From assembly GCA_963818245.1 (NCBI GenBank), contig CAWFSD010000012.1, positions 106,994 to 170,993 of the forward strand: a stretch of DNA of 64,000 nt, given 5' to 3'. The first letter of the stretch is position 1. The number at the start of each line of letters is the position of its first letter. This stretch comes from an uncultured Planctomycetota bacterium. GTDB lineage: Bacteria; Planctomycetota; UBA11346. Below the pieces are notes generated by a model. That model was not told the origin of the DNA. It ran no database searches and saw only the letters and a list, made by a program, of their open reading frames with translations. A program made the translations under genes and the position numbers. Below, one piece after another: positions 1-11,635 of the stretch.

Positions 1-2119
<2,119 letters not shown>

Positions 2120-2235
2120 GGGGCGCCGTTGCGCGCTGACTCCAGCCGCGGTGGCGCGTCCTCCCGGCCCTGCTAGGCTCACGGTGTCTCCGCCGGCAGC
2201 GCCGGCCGCCCGCCCCGTTCCGCCTGGAGCCCGCC

Positions 2236-2739
2236 ATGCGCCTCCCCGCCCTCGCCCTGCTGACCGTGGTCGTGGCCGCCGCCGACGGCGCCGTCGTGGC
2301 CGAACCGGCCATCGGCAGCGTGGCTCCCGAGTTCGGCGGCACGCGCTTCTACAACCTGCCCGCCGGGGTCACCAAGGTCACCCTCGCCGACGAGCGCGGG
2401 CGGGTCGTGCTCATCGACTTCTGGGCGACCTGGTGCGCGCCGTGCGTCGCCACCATCCCGCACGCCATCGACCTCTACGCCAAGTTCCACGCCCAGGGCC
2501 TGGAGGTGATCGGCCACACCGACGCGAGCAGCGAGGACCTCGACGCCTTCATCAAGGCCAAGGGCATCCCGTACATCATCAGCGTCGGCCCCGACATCGG
2601 CGACGCCTTCGGCGCGGCCCTGATCCCGCACGCCGTGCTCATCGACCCGGACGGCAAGGTCGCCTGGCAGGGCCCGCCGGGGGAGCTCACCGAGCAGACC
2701 GTCGCGGACCTGATCAAGACGGTGAAGAAGCCACATTGA
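2236..2739 (+). CDS. TlpA/ResA-like thiol-disulfide oxidoreductase (thioredoxin fold)
   Basis: ORF 2236..2739 has a signal-like N-terminus (MRLPALALLTVVVAAA) and the CxxC motif 'FWATWCAPC'. Its length (167 aa) is typical of periplasmic TlpA-type proteins. Confidence 0.85.
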   Translation: MRLPALALLTVVVAAADGAVVAEPAIGSVAPEFGGTRFYNLPAGVTKVTLADERGRVVLIDFWATWCAPCVATIPHAIDLYAKFHAQGLEVIGHTDASSEDLDAFIKAKGIPYIISVGPDIGDAFGAALIPHAVLIDPDGKVAWQGPPGELTEQTVADLIKTVKKPH

Positions 2740-3056
2740 TGCGCAGCGGCCGTCGGCGGGCGGAGCGGGCCGACGAGGACCGCGACCGCCCGCCGCGCGC
2801 GGCGGGCGCGCGCTCCTCGCGGTGCACGGCGATCGCGAAGGCCAACCCGGCCACTGCGCCGACCAGGGCACCGGTGGCGAAGCGCGCCTTGAGGTCTTCG
2901 TAGCGGTCGGTGCGGACGGCTCGTCGGGCGGCGCGCGTCGGTGGGCGCGGAAGCGAAATAGGACTCGAGGCCGAAGATCAGCGCGAGGACCACCGCGCCG
3001 AGCACCGGGAAGGTCGCGTACATGCCGAGGATGCGCAGCCAGGGGACGTCCCACAT
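2714..3056 (-). pseudogene. Possible small two-TM membrane protein, needing one frame change near 2925-2960
   Basis: ATG at 3056 gives 'MWDVPWLRILGMYATFPVLGAVVLALIFGL' (a TM segment). A neighbouring frame then gives 'RYEDLKARFATGALVGAVAGLAFAIAVH' (a Gly-zipper TM segment) and stops at 2714. I recognise no homology, so the call rests on hydrophobicity and GC3 only. Confidence 0.25.
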
Positions 3057-3088
3057 GGGGGAGCCTACCACGGCCGGTGGGCCGGCGC

Positions 3089-4951
3089 TCAGGCGGGGCG
3101 CCGCGCCTGCAGCGCCCACAGCCGCGCGAAGTGGCCGTCGGGGCGCGCCTCCAGCTCGCCGGGGGTGCCGTCCTCGACGATGCGGCCCTGGCTGAAGACC
3201 AGCACGCGGTCGACGCCGCGCAGCGTCGACAGGCGGTGCGCGACGATGAAGGTGGTGCGGCCGCGGCACAGCGCGTCGAGGTCGACCTGCAGGCGCGCCT
3301 CGGTGTCGAGGTCGAGCGCGCTGGTCGGCTCGTCGAGGATGACGATCGCCGGGTCGCGCAGGAACACGCGCGCCAGCGCGATGCGCTGGCGCTGGCCACC
3401 CGAGAGCCGCCCGCCGCGCTCGCCGCAGACGGTGTCGTAGCCGGCCTCGAGGCGGCCGATGAACTCGGCGGCCTGCGCCTGGCGCGCGGCGGTCTCGACC
3501 GCGGCGTCGCTCGCGTCCGGGCGGCCGAAGCGGATGTTCTCGCGCACGGTGGCGTTCCAGATGAACGGCTCCTGGCCCATGATCGCGGTCGCGGCGCGCA
3601 GCTGGCGCAGGCCGAGGTCGGCGAGCGTGCGCCCGTCGTAGGCGATGCGCCCGCTGCTCGGCGCGTAGAAGCCCAGCACCAGGTCAAGGAAGGTGCTCTT
3701 GCCCGCGCCGGTCTCGCCGACCAGGCCGATGCGCTCGCCGGGGGCGATGGCGACGCTCAGCGCGCTGAGCGCCGGCTCGTTGGCCTCGGGGTAGCGGAAG
3801 GTGACGTCCTCGAAGCTGATGGCGCCCGCGGGGCGCGCCTGCACCCGCGCCGCGGGCGGTGGGCCCTCGACCTCGTCGCTGTCGAGGATGGCGAACAGCG
3901 CGGCCATGCCCGGCTTGGCCTGCTTCCACGCCTCGAAGGTCGACGTGTAGGCGCCGATGCCGGACTGCAGGAAGCCGAGCATGGCGGTGAACACCACCAG
4001 CTGGCCGAGCGGTGTGCCCACCGGGTCGCGCAGGTGCATGACCGCGCCCACGCACCACACCAGCACCGGCATGTACTGGTTCGCCATCTGCATGCCCATC
4101 TGCACCCAGCGCATCGCCACGCTCGCCTCGACGCCGGCGCGGCGCAGCTCCTCGATCTGGTCGCCGAGGCGGCCGGCGATCATCGCCTCGTTGCCGAAGC
4201 TCTTGGTCAGGCGCATGCCGGCGATGAACTCGACCATGCTCGCCGAGAAGCCCTCGCCGCTGCGCTGGGCGCGCAGGTTGAGGCGGTCGAGCTTCCCGCC
4301 CATCGCGCGCATCAGCACCATCTGCGGGGGGATCAGGCTGACCGCGACCAGGAACAGCAGCGGGTTCAGGCTCAGCAGCCAGATCGCGCTGGCCAGGCTC
4401 AGCACCAGGCTGGCCACCAGGCTGGTGACGACGTTGTGGAGCAGGTTCTCGACCCGGCCCATGTCCACGGTCAGCTGGTTGGAGAGCGCGCCGGCGCCGC
4501 GGCGGGTGAAGAAGCCCAGCGACAGGCGCTGCAGGTGGTCGACGACCAGGCGGCGCAGGCGCGCCACGCTGGCGCGCACCATGTGCTGGTTGGCCGAGAA
4601 CGCGCGGACCGTGCACCAGCCGTGGAAGGGCCACCACAGCAGGTTGCCGGCGGCGTAGGCGGCGATCGGCCACAGCACGTGGTGGTCGCGGCTCCATGGG
4701 ATGATGTCGTCGACCAGGTACTTGAGGCCGGCGGTGAAGGGGATGTAGGTCAGCGCCTGCAGCGCCTGGAAGACCGCGCCCACCCACATCAGGCGGCGCT
4801 CGACGCAGGCCAGCGCCCACAGCCGCCGCACCGGCCCGCGGCCGCGCGTGGTGCGCGCGATGCGCCCGGTCAGTCCGCCGATGACGCCGCCGGGTTCCGG
4901 CGGGGCCGCGGCGGGCGAGGACGCGTACTCCACCTCATCGGCGCTGGGCAT
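3089..4951 (-). CDS. ABC exporter, fused permease/ATPase (MsbA/multidrug type)
   Basis: ORF 3089..4951 (620 aa) has an N-terminal multi-TM domain. The C-terminal nucleotide-binding domain carries Walker A 'GETGAGKST', the signature '[13 protein letters not shown]' and Walker B '[12 protein letters not shown]'. Confidence 0.9.
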   Translation of the reverse strand: MPSADEVEYASSPAAAPPEPGGVIGGLTGRIARTTRGRGPVRRLWALACVERRLMWVGAVFQALQALTYIPFTAGLKYLVDDIIPWSRDHHVLWPIAAYAAGNLLWWPFHGWCTVRAFSANQHMVRASVARLRRLVVDHLQRLSLGFFTRRGAGALSNQLTVDMGRVENLLHNVVTSLVASLVLSLASAIWLLSLNPLLFLVAVSLIPPQMVLMRAMGGKLDRLNLRAQRSGEGFSASMVEFIAGMRLTKSFGNEAMIAGRLGDQIEELRRAGVEASVAMRWVQMGMQMANQYMPVLVWCVGAVMHLRDPVGTPLGQLVVFTAMLGFLQSGIGAYTSTFEAWKQAKPGMAALFAILDSDEVEGPPPAARVQARPAGAISFEDVTFRYPEANEPALSALSVAIAPGERIGLVGETGAGKSTFLDLVLGFYAPSSGRIAYDGRTLADLGLRQLRAATAIMGQEPFIWNATVRENIRFGRPDASDAAVETAARQAQAAEFIGRLEAGYDTVCGERGGRLSGGQRQRIALARVFLRDPAIVILDEPTSALDLDTEARLQVDLDALCRGRTTFIVAHRLSTLRGVDRVLVFSQGRIVEDGTPGELEARPDGHFARLWALQARRPA

Positions 4952-5017
4952 GCCCGGGCGACTCTAGGCCGCAGGGGCGCCAACGCCAGACACGGCGACC
5001 CTGAGGACTCCTCGGGA

Positions 5018-5140
5018 TTTTTACCGCCAAGGCGCCAAGGGAGAGGAGGACGGCTGAGAGGGGCTGAAGGCTCCTGGCCTGGAGCTCGGCCCGCCACGCG
5101 CTGGGCCGTCCCTTGGCGACTTGTCGACTTGGCGGTTAAA
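5018..5140. repeat. Word-palindrome element (CCAAGG words)
   Basis: tttttaccgccaaggcgccaaggga (5018-5042) mirrors tcccttggcgacttgtcgacttggcggttaaa (5109-5140). The loop is 66 nt. The element lies between the slyD stop and the ABC start. Confidence 0.8.
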
Positions 5141-5168
5141 GCCCCTCTGCGCAGCCAGGGACCTGGTC

Positions 5169-5669
5169 CTAGTGGTGGTGGTGGCCGCCGGGACCGTGGG
5201 CGTGTCCGTGCGAGAGCTCGTCGGCGGTCGCCTGGCGGACCTCGACGATCTCGACGTTGAACTGCAGGGTCTTGCCGGCGAGCGGGTGGTTGCCGCTGAC
5301 GAAGGCCTGGCCGTCCTTGACCTGGTGCACGGTGAAGACCACTTCGCTGCCCTGCAGGGTCGGGTGCTCGGCCTTGAAGCGGAAGCCGGGCTTCACCTGG
5401 GCGCGCGCCGCCTCGGGGAAGACCTCGACCGGCACCTGCAGGTCGAGCTCGGGCTCGTGCGCGCCGTAGGCCTGCTCGGGGGCGATGGTCGCCTTGACCT
5501 TGTCGCCGGCCTTGTGGCCGACCAGGGCCGCCTCGAGGCCGGAGATGATCTGGCCGTTGCCGTGCAGGTAGACCAGCGGGTGTCCCGCCTCGCTGCGGTC
5601 GACCTCTTCACCCTCGGCGGTGGCGACGTGGTAGGTGAAGGAGACGACGGCGTTCTTCGCGATATCCAT
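5169..5669 (-). CDS. slyD: FKBP-type peptidyl-prolyl isomerase SlyD with a His-rich tail
   Basis: Inside ORF 5169..5801, ATG at 5669 gives 'MDIAKNAVVSFTYHV...LVYLHGNGQIISGLEAAL...'. The C-terminal metal-binding tail is 'HGHAHGPGGHHHH'. The upstream in-frame extension looks non-coding. Confidence 0.9.
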   Translation of the reverse strand: MDIAKNAVVSFTYHVATAEGEEVDRSEAGHPLVYLHGNGQIISGLEAALVGHKAGDKVKATIAPEQAYGAHEPELDLQVPVEVFPEAARAQVKPGFRFKAEHPTLQGSEVVFTVHQVKDGQAFVSGNHPLAGKTLQFNVEIVEVRQATADELSHGHAHGPGGHHHH

Positions 5670-5954
5670 GGGCGCCTCGGCTGGCGGGTGGGGGCCGGGA
5701 CCGCACCGCCGGGTCCGGCGATGCTGGCCGGTGACCGGCGGCGACCCACCTTGCGGCGGAATCCGGCGAGGCAAGGCCGGCACGGCGCTACATCTGCGCA
5801 CTCGCGCTGGAGCGAGACCGGCGGCCCGGCGGGCCGCGGTCCGGTGGTGTGCGGGATGAGCCCCGGGCTTGCGCCCGTGCCTGACAGCGCTTCAATCGGG
5901 CGCGATGAGCGTGCCCAGGCTCCCACTGCTTCTGGGCGTGGTCGTCCGCGTCCC

Positions 5955-6386
5955 ATGGCGGCGCTCGCACTGGGCTGGTGGCTGCTGCTCGCCCCGCCCG
6001 CCATCGACCCACCCGGCCCCCGCGACCCCATCACCACCGCCGAGCTGCGCGCCCTGCGCGCCGACCCCGCGGTGGTCGCCGAGGGCCGCCGCCTGTTCGC
6101 CGCCAACTGCACGCTCTGCCACGGCGTGAAGGGCCAGGGCGACAAGGGCCCCAACCTGCGCGACGGCTACTGGCTCGGCGGCGCGCAGCTCACCGACCTG
6201 GTCGAGGTCATCGGCAACGGCCGCCCCTCCAAGGGCATGGTCGCCTGGCGCTTCGGCCTCAAGCCCGCGCAGATCCACGCCCTGGCGGTGTTCGTCGCCT
6301 CGCTGCAGGGCAGCGAGGACGGCACCGGCAAGGCGCCCCAGGGCACCCTCAAGCCGGTCGACGCTCCAGAGCCGGTCGAAAAGTAG
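5955..6386 (+). CDS. Small c-type cytochrome (class I, CcoP-domain-like)
   Basis: This is the tail of ORF 5121..6386. ATG at 5955 gives a hydrophobic N-terminus (MAALALGWWLLLAPPA), a single heme motif 'CTLCHG', and a downstream 'GMVAW' methionine-ligand region. The start is uncertain. Confidence 0.75.
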   Translation: MAALALGWWLLLAPPAIDPPGPRDPITTAELRALRADPAVVAEGRRLFAANCTLCHGVKGQGDKGPNLRDGYWLGGAQLTDLVEVIGNGRPSKGMVAWRFGLKPAQIHALAVFVASLQGSEDGTGKAPQGTLKPVDAPEPVEK

Positions 6387-6401
6387 TGGCGCCACGGAGC
6401 A

Positions 6402-6624
6402 GGATAGCACCCCAGAGGGTCATCGTCTTGAGACAGGATAGAACCGCAGAGGCCGCAGAGGTGGAAGACAGGAGGGCCGCAGAGGGGTCATCGTCTCGGC
6501 GGGAGCGAATCGCAGCGGTCCTGACGGCCCACGAGACCGAGCACCCCGCACGCTCCTGGTGGCCGTCCTCTGCGGCCTTCTGCCTTCCCTCTCTGCGCTC
6601 TCTGCGCTCTTAGCGCTTCTATCC
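6402..6624. repeat. Word-palindrome element (GCAGAGG words) plus a truncated extra left end
   Basis: ggatagaa (6436-6443) pairs with ttctatcc (6617-6624), and ggccgcagagg (6475-6485) pairs with cctctgcggcc (6567-6577). A partial copy, ggatagcaccccagagggtcatcgtct, sits at 6402-6428. The element lies between convergent cytochrome c and hisS. Confidence 0.8.
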
Positions 6625-6656
6625 GGCTGTGAGCGGTCGGCTGGCTTCGATCCTCA

Positions 6657-7949
6657 TCACCCGAACGAAGCCAGCGGCACCTTCTCCTCGATCTTCTCCG
6701 GACCGAGGGTGCGCACCACGACGACGCCGTCCTTGACCTCGTTGCCGCCGAGGATGAGCAGGCGCTTGGCGCCGTCCGCCTCGGCGCGGCCGATGACGTT
6801 CTTGAAGCGGCGGCGCGCTGTAGTCGACGGCGACGCTGCGGCCCTGGGCGCGCAGCGCGGCGGCGATGCGGTTGGCGATCGGGAACTCGGCGGCCGTGAC
6901 ATCGGGTAGACCACGTCGTCGATGCCGCGCGGCGGCGTCGGCAGCAGGCCGCGCTCCTTGAGGATCTCGACGATCACCACGTCGCCGAAGCCGAAGCCGA
7001 CCATCGGCGTGGCCGGGCCGCCGAAGGTCTCCATCAGCTTGTCGTAGCGGCCGCCGCCGGCGATCGCGCGCGGCAGGCTGCCGGACGCGTCGAACAGCTC
7101 CCACACCGTGCCGGTGTAGTAGGACAGGCCGCGGATCACCGACAGGTCGATCTTCACCAGGTGGGCGATGCCGCTGGCCTCGGCCAGCGCCAGCAGCTCG
7201 CGCAGCGCGAGCAGGCCGGGGTTGTCCGCCGGCACCTTGGCCGCGACCTGGTCGAGGCCGGTGGTGTCGAGCAGGCTGATGATCGCCGCGCTGCTATCCG
7301 GGTTCAGGCCGAGCTTGCCGAGCTCGACCGCGGTCGCCTCGTCGCCGATCTTGTCGCGCTTGTCGATGATCACGCACACCGCGGCGAAGGCGTCGCCGTC
7401 GATGCCGAGGCCGGCGAGGAAGTGCTGGATGACCTGGCGGTTCGAGACGCGCAGGACGACGTCCGGCCTGTCGACGCCGACGTTCAGCCCGGCCAGGCGC
7501 AGGAAGTCCACCTGCGCGGCCATCAGCTCGGCCTCGGCGGCGACGCTGGCCAGGCCGATGACGTCCATGTTCCACTGGAAGTGCTCGCGCTTGCGGCCGC
7601 GCTGCATGTTCTCGTAGCGGAAGCACTGCGGGATGGCGAACCAGCGCGCCGGCAGGGCCAGGGCCGCGCCCTTGCCCAGCACCAGGCGCGCCAGCGACGG
7701 GGTCATCTCCGGGCGCAGCGCGACGCGGTCCTCGCCCTTGGTGACGAAGTTGTAGAGCTGCTTGGTGATCTCGTCGCCGGCCTTGCGGGTGTAGAGCTCC
7801 TCGCTCTCCAGCACGCAGGCGTCGTACTCCTCGAAGCCGTAGCGCCGCGCGACCTCGCGCCACAGGCCGAACAGCCAGGTGCGCACGCGCATGTCCTCGG
7901 GGTGGAAGTCGCGGACGCCCTTCACCGGTTGCAGATCGATCGTCGCCAT
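6657..7949 (-). pseudogene. hisS: Histidyl-tRNA synthetase; the ORF stays open but two compensating indels scramble about 26 codons
   Basis: HisRS motifs are present: 'RPEMTPSLAR', 'FRYENMQRGRKREHFQ', 'GGGRYDKL', 'GFGFG'. Between about 6826 and 6903 this frame reads 'MSRPPSSRSPTASPPRCAPRAAASPSTT'. The neighbouring frame (ORF 6619..7104) reads a sensible 'DVTAAEFPIANRIAAALRAQGRSVAVDYS'. Confidence 0.9.
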
Positions 7950-8253
7950 GCGGTTCCTTTGCGCGCCGCGAGCGTGCGGCGGGCGGCATCGTGGGCCGCG
8001 GTGGCGCGGCGCAACCGCGGGTCCGCCACTGCGCGATTCCGGAGGCTCGATGGCTTCTCGCCCGATTTGTGGGAAGAGTCAGGGGCAAGGGCGACCACCG
8101 ACTGGCGTTCTCCTCCGTGCCCGCCCCTCCGCTCCCTATGTCTCCATGCGATCGTTCTCCTGGGTCTCTCGAAGATTTCGCCGAGACACGGAGAGACGGA
8201 TGTGAGCGCGCGAGGCCGCGCGCGCCGAGGATCCGGCTTCACGACGACGGCGT

Positions 8254-8961
8254 CTAGGCCGCCGTCAGCCCGCGGCGGCGGCCGGCGACGCCGAGCGCCA
8301 TGCCGGCGGCCAGCGCGCCGAGGTCCGCGCCGAGCGTCAGCGGCCGGTGGGTCGCCCACGCCTGCGCCACCTCGAACAGCGCGTAGCCCAGCGCCAGGGT
8401 GCGCGCGGAGGTGCGGAACAGCGGCACGTAGCCGACCACCAGCACCAGGTAGTAGGCCAGGCCCCAGCGCACCCTGCTGCCCGGGAAGAGCGTGGCGACC
8501 ATGCCGATCAGGCCCATCACCAGGCCGTTGGCGCCCACCACCACCCCGTGGCCGTGCGCGAGCACGCCGGCGAGCAGCACCAGCACCGCCGCCAGGCAGG
8601 TCAGGGTCAGCATCGCGCCGGCGCAGGCAAGCGGACCGACCCAGCGCTCGACCGCGCGGCCGAGCACGGCGATCAGCAGCACGTTCACCACCAGGTGCAG
8701 CCAGCCCTCGTGCAGCAGCGTGTACGAGACCAGCTGCCACGGCTCGAACAGCTCGGGGTCGGTGTACAGGCTCCACGACGCCGAGGCGTAGGTGGCGACG
8801 CGCAGCGCCTCCTCGCCGAACAGCCCGCGGCCGCCGCCGGCCAGGCGCAGCAGCACGTGCAGCGCGACCAGCGCGCCGCACAGCGACCACGTCACCACCG
8901 CCGTGCGCCCCGGCCAGGGCCGGCTGGCCGGCGGGTCCAGGGTGGTGGGCAGGATCAGCAT
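8254..8961 (-). CDS. Rhomboid-family membrane protein with a non-canonical (apparently inactive) catalytic dyad
   Basis: The ORF has six or more TM segments and the TM2 motif 'LLHEGWLHLVVN'. The TM4 GxSG motif reads 'GANG' (codon AAC at 8527-8529). The TM6 'AHxxG' motif reads 'GADLGALAAG'. Confidence 0.8.
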   Translation of the reverse strand: MLILPTTLDPPASRPWPGRTAVVTWSLCGALVALHVLLRLAGGGRGLFGEEALRVATYASASWSLYTDPELFEPWQLVSYTLLHEGWLHLVVNVLLIAVLGRAVERWVGPLACAGAMLTLTCLAAVLVLLAGVLAHGHGVVVGANGLVMGLIGMVATLFPGSRVRWGLAYYLVLVVGYVPLFRTSARTLALGYALFEVAQAWATHRPLTLGADLGALAAGMALGVAGRRRGLTAA

Positions 8962-8965
8962 GGCC

Positions 8966-9802
8966 TCAGCCCGGCAGGAAGGGCGCGCGCTCCAGCCACG
9001 GGCGCAGCGGCGCGACCTGGGCGAGCAGCGCCGCGTGCAGCGCCGGGGTGGCGCCGGCGACGATCGAGCGGCGCTCGACCAGCTTGGCGGTGCCGCCGCG
9101 GTAGTCGCTGGCCGCGCCGCCGCCGCAGCGCACCAGCAGCTCGCCGGCGGCGGTGTCCCAGGGGTGGATGCCGAGCTCGTAGAAGCCGTCGAGGCGGCCG
9201 ACCGCGGTGTAGGCGAGGTCGAGCGCGGCCGCGCCGCCGCGGCGGTGGTCGTCGCAGCCGCGCTGCACCGCCTCGAGCACGCGCAGCGCGTCGGTCAGCG
9301 CCTCGGGGTGGCGGAAGGGCAGGGCGGTGGCGAGCAGGGCGCGGCCGAGGTCGCTGCAGCCCGAGGTCTGCGCGCGCTCCTGGTTCAGCCACAGGCCGAT
9401 GCCGCGCTCGGCGAGGAAGACCTCGTTCTGCACGGGGTCGAAGACCACGCCGGTGTGCGGGCCGTGCTCGTCGCAGAAGGCGATCGACACCGCCCACACC
9501 GGGATGCCGTGGATGAAGTTGGTGGTGCCGTCGATGGGATCGATGATCCACAGGTGGCGGCCATCGAGCTGGTGCCCGCCCGAGCCGGACTCCTCGCCCA
9601 GCACCTGGTGGTCGGGGTGGTGCGCGCGGATGCGGCGGATGATGGCGTCCTCGACCAGCCCGTCGACGTGGCTGACGTAGTCGCGGCTGGCCTTGGTGCG
9701 CACGTCCTTCTGGGTGACCGTGTTGAAATGGTCGCGGGCGATCTTGCCGGCGCTCTTGGCCAGCTCGACGATGAAGCTGCGCATGCCGTTCATGGCGGCC
9801 AT
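8966..9802 (-). CDS. Inositol monophosphatase family protein (SuhB-like)
   Basis: IMPase motifs are present: 'WIIDPIDGTTNF', 'HPWDTAAG', 'EESG'. The rhomboid start lies 4 nt downstream of this gene's stop, so co-transcription is likely. Confidence 0.85.
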   Translation of the reverse strand: MAAMNGMRSFIVELAKSAGKIARDHFNTVTQKDVRTKASRDYVSHVDGLVEDAIIRRIRAHHPDHQVLGEESGSGGHQLDGRHLWIIDPIDGTTNFIHGIPVWAVSIAFCDEHGPHTGVVFDPVQNEVFLAERGIGLWLNQERAQTSGCSDLGRALLATALPFRHPEALTDALRVLEAVQRGCDDHRRGGAAALDLAYTAVGRLDGFYELGIHPWDTAAGELLVRCGGGAASDYRGGTAKLVERRSIVAGATPALHAALLAQVAPLRPWLERAPFLPG

Positions 9803-9832
9803 GGTCGGTCACCGAAGCCGGGGGTCAATCGG

Positions 9833-10083
9833 GGGCGCGGGGCGCGAGGCGCGAGGCGCGAGGCGCGCAGGCGCGGGGCGCGAGGCGCGAGGACAGCCTT
9901 CGTCGATTCGGTGTTGCGTCGCGTTGGTGGTCGTTCCAGACCTGAGGTCCAATGCGGCCCGAACGGGCTGCTCTCCAGAGGCAGGGTAAGACGGCGCATG
10001 GACGCGAACGCGTCGCATGCACTGAACGCCGCGCGCCTCGCCCCTCGCGCCGCGCGCCTCGCGCCTCGCCCCTGCGCCTCCTC
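9833..10083. repeat. Word-palindrome element (GCGAGG words)
   Basis: The left arm (9833-9892) is (g)gcgcgagg-type repeats. The right arm (10029-10083) is cctcgcgc-type repeats. The core of about 136 nt contains an internal hairpin near 9996-10020. Confidence 0.7.
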
Positions 10084-11577
10084 CTAGCGCTCGCCCATGC
10101 GCCTCCCCGCGCGCCTCCGGCAGGTACGTCGTCAGCTCCACCGACGCCCCCACGATCGCCCGCGCCTCGGCGGCACCCCGCACCAGCCCCAGGCCGTAGG
10201 CCTGCGCGAGCACGTTGCCGAGCGCGGTGGCCTCGACCGGGCCGGCCACCACCGGCAGGCGGCAGGCGTCGGCGGTGAGCTGGCAGAGCAGGCGGTTCTG
10301 CGCGCCGCCGCCGATGACGTGCACGGCCTCGAGCGGGCGGCCGCCGCCCGCGTCGAGCGCGCGCACGCTGCGCGCGTAGGCGGCGGCGAGGCCGTCCAGG
10401 ACCAGGCGGATGAGCGCGCCGTCGCCGGCCGCGGCGGCGTGGCCGCGCTCGCGCAGCCACGCGCCGATGCGCGCGTTCATGGTGTCGTCGCCGGCGCCGG
10501 GCGGCAGGAAGCGCGCGTCGTCGACGTCCAGCACGACGCCGCTCGGGCCGGCGGCGTGCGCCAGGTCGGCGAGCTCGCCATAGCTGTACTCGCGGCCGCG
10601 CGCGCGCGAAGCCGCGCCGGCACTCCTGCACCAGCCACAGGCCCATGATGTTGACGTTGTGGCGGATCGTGCCGCCGCCGCCCAGGCCGGCCGCGATCTC
10701 GTTGCTGATCCCGCCGGCCAGCGCGGCGGCGCCGAGGTGCGGCGCCGACGCGACGCGCCCGACCAGCGACCACGTGCCGCTGCTCAGGTAGGCGGTGCCG
10801 GCGGGGTCGCCGGGCGACGCGGCCACCGCGCTGGCGGTGTCGTGGGCGGCGGGCAGCACGATGGCCGGCGCCGCCGCCAGCCCGAAGCGCGCGCACAGCT
10901 CCGGCCGCAGCCGCCCCAGCACCGTGCCGGGTCGGGCGATCGGGCTGGAACAGCCGCGCCGGCAGCCCGAGGCGCGCGATGAGCGCGATGTCCCACTCCG
11001 GCAGCCCGGCGCGGGCGAGCTGGGTGCTGCCGACGATCGACCACTCGCTGCGCTTCTCGCCGCTCAGCCAGAAGTGCAGCAGGTCCGGGATGGTGAGCAG
11101 GCAGGCCGCGCGCTCCAGGTCCTGCGGGCGGCGGCGCTGGTGGGCGACGAGCTGGTAGAGGGTGTTGATCGCCATCGGCCGCACGCCGGTGCGCGCGAAC
11201 ATCTCGGCCTCCGGGATGTCGCCGTGCAGCTGCGCGAAGGGCTCCTGGGTGCGGCGGTCGCGGTAGTTGAAGGGCAGCGTCACCAGGCGGTCGGCGGCAT
11301 CGAGCAGGCCGTAGTCCACGCCCCAGGTGTCGACGCCGATGCCGGCGATGTCGCGGTGCCGGGCGAAGGCCTTGCCCAGGCCGTCGGTGATGTGGCGGAA
11401 GGTCGCCGGCAGGTCCCAGCGCAGGCTCTCGCCGTCGGCGTCCGCGACGGTGATCGGGCCGTTGGGGAAGCGGTGCACCACCTCCAGGCCGATGCGGCCG
11501 CCGGCCAGGGTGGCGACGATCACGCGCCCGGATTCGGCGCCCAGGTCGATGGCGATGAAGCGGACGGGCGACGGCAT
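10084..11577 (-). pseudogene. FGGY-family sugar kinase (rhamnulokinase-like), split over three frames
   Basis: ORF 10477..11577 gives 'FIAIDLGAESGRV...GVDTWGVDYGLL'. ORF 9825..10922 gives 'LPAAHDTASAV...YLSSGTWSL...NIMGLWLVQEC'. ORF 9809..10534 gives 'HVIGGGAQNRLLCQLTADA...ATALGN'. Breaks lie near 10940 and 10615. The true 3' end is unclear because the frame reads through the GCGAGG repeat. Confidence 0.75.
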
Positions 11578-11635
11578 GCGGACTCCGGCGGGGCGGCGGC
11601 GATGAGGGGTGGTGGCGGTGGGCGGACGCGCGGGC

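Noticed and set aside
2822-5260. Very long ORFs that look like giant proteins. Examples are 2822..5260 + (812 aa), 57659..61495 - (1278 aa), 27990..30692 - (900 aa), 47198..49402 - (734 aa) and 45214..47262 - (682 aa).
   Set aside because: They are antisense or out-of-frame shadows of genes with clear homology on the other strand or frame. Their translations are Arg/Ala/Gly/Pro-rich low-complexity text, typical of stop-poor off-frames in very GC-rich DNA. The real genes (ABC transporter, kinase, hemL/maf, PA14 protein) account for the coding signal.
9833-10083. The GCGAGG repeats translate as '...GARREARGARGEARG...' at the end of the sugar-kinase ORF, considered as a possible repetitive C-terminal domain.
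   Set aside because: The repeat has a mirrored partner arm. It belongs to the intergenic palindrome family, and the ORF runs through it only because no stop occurs. The kinase homology ends before it.
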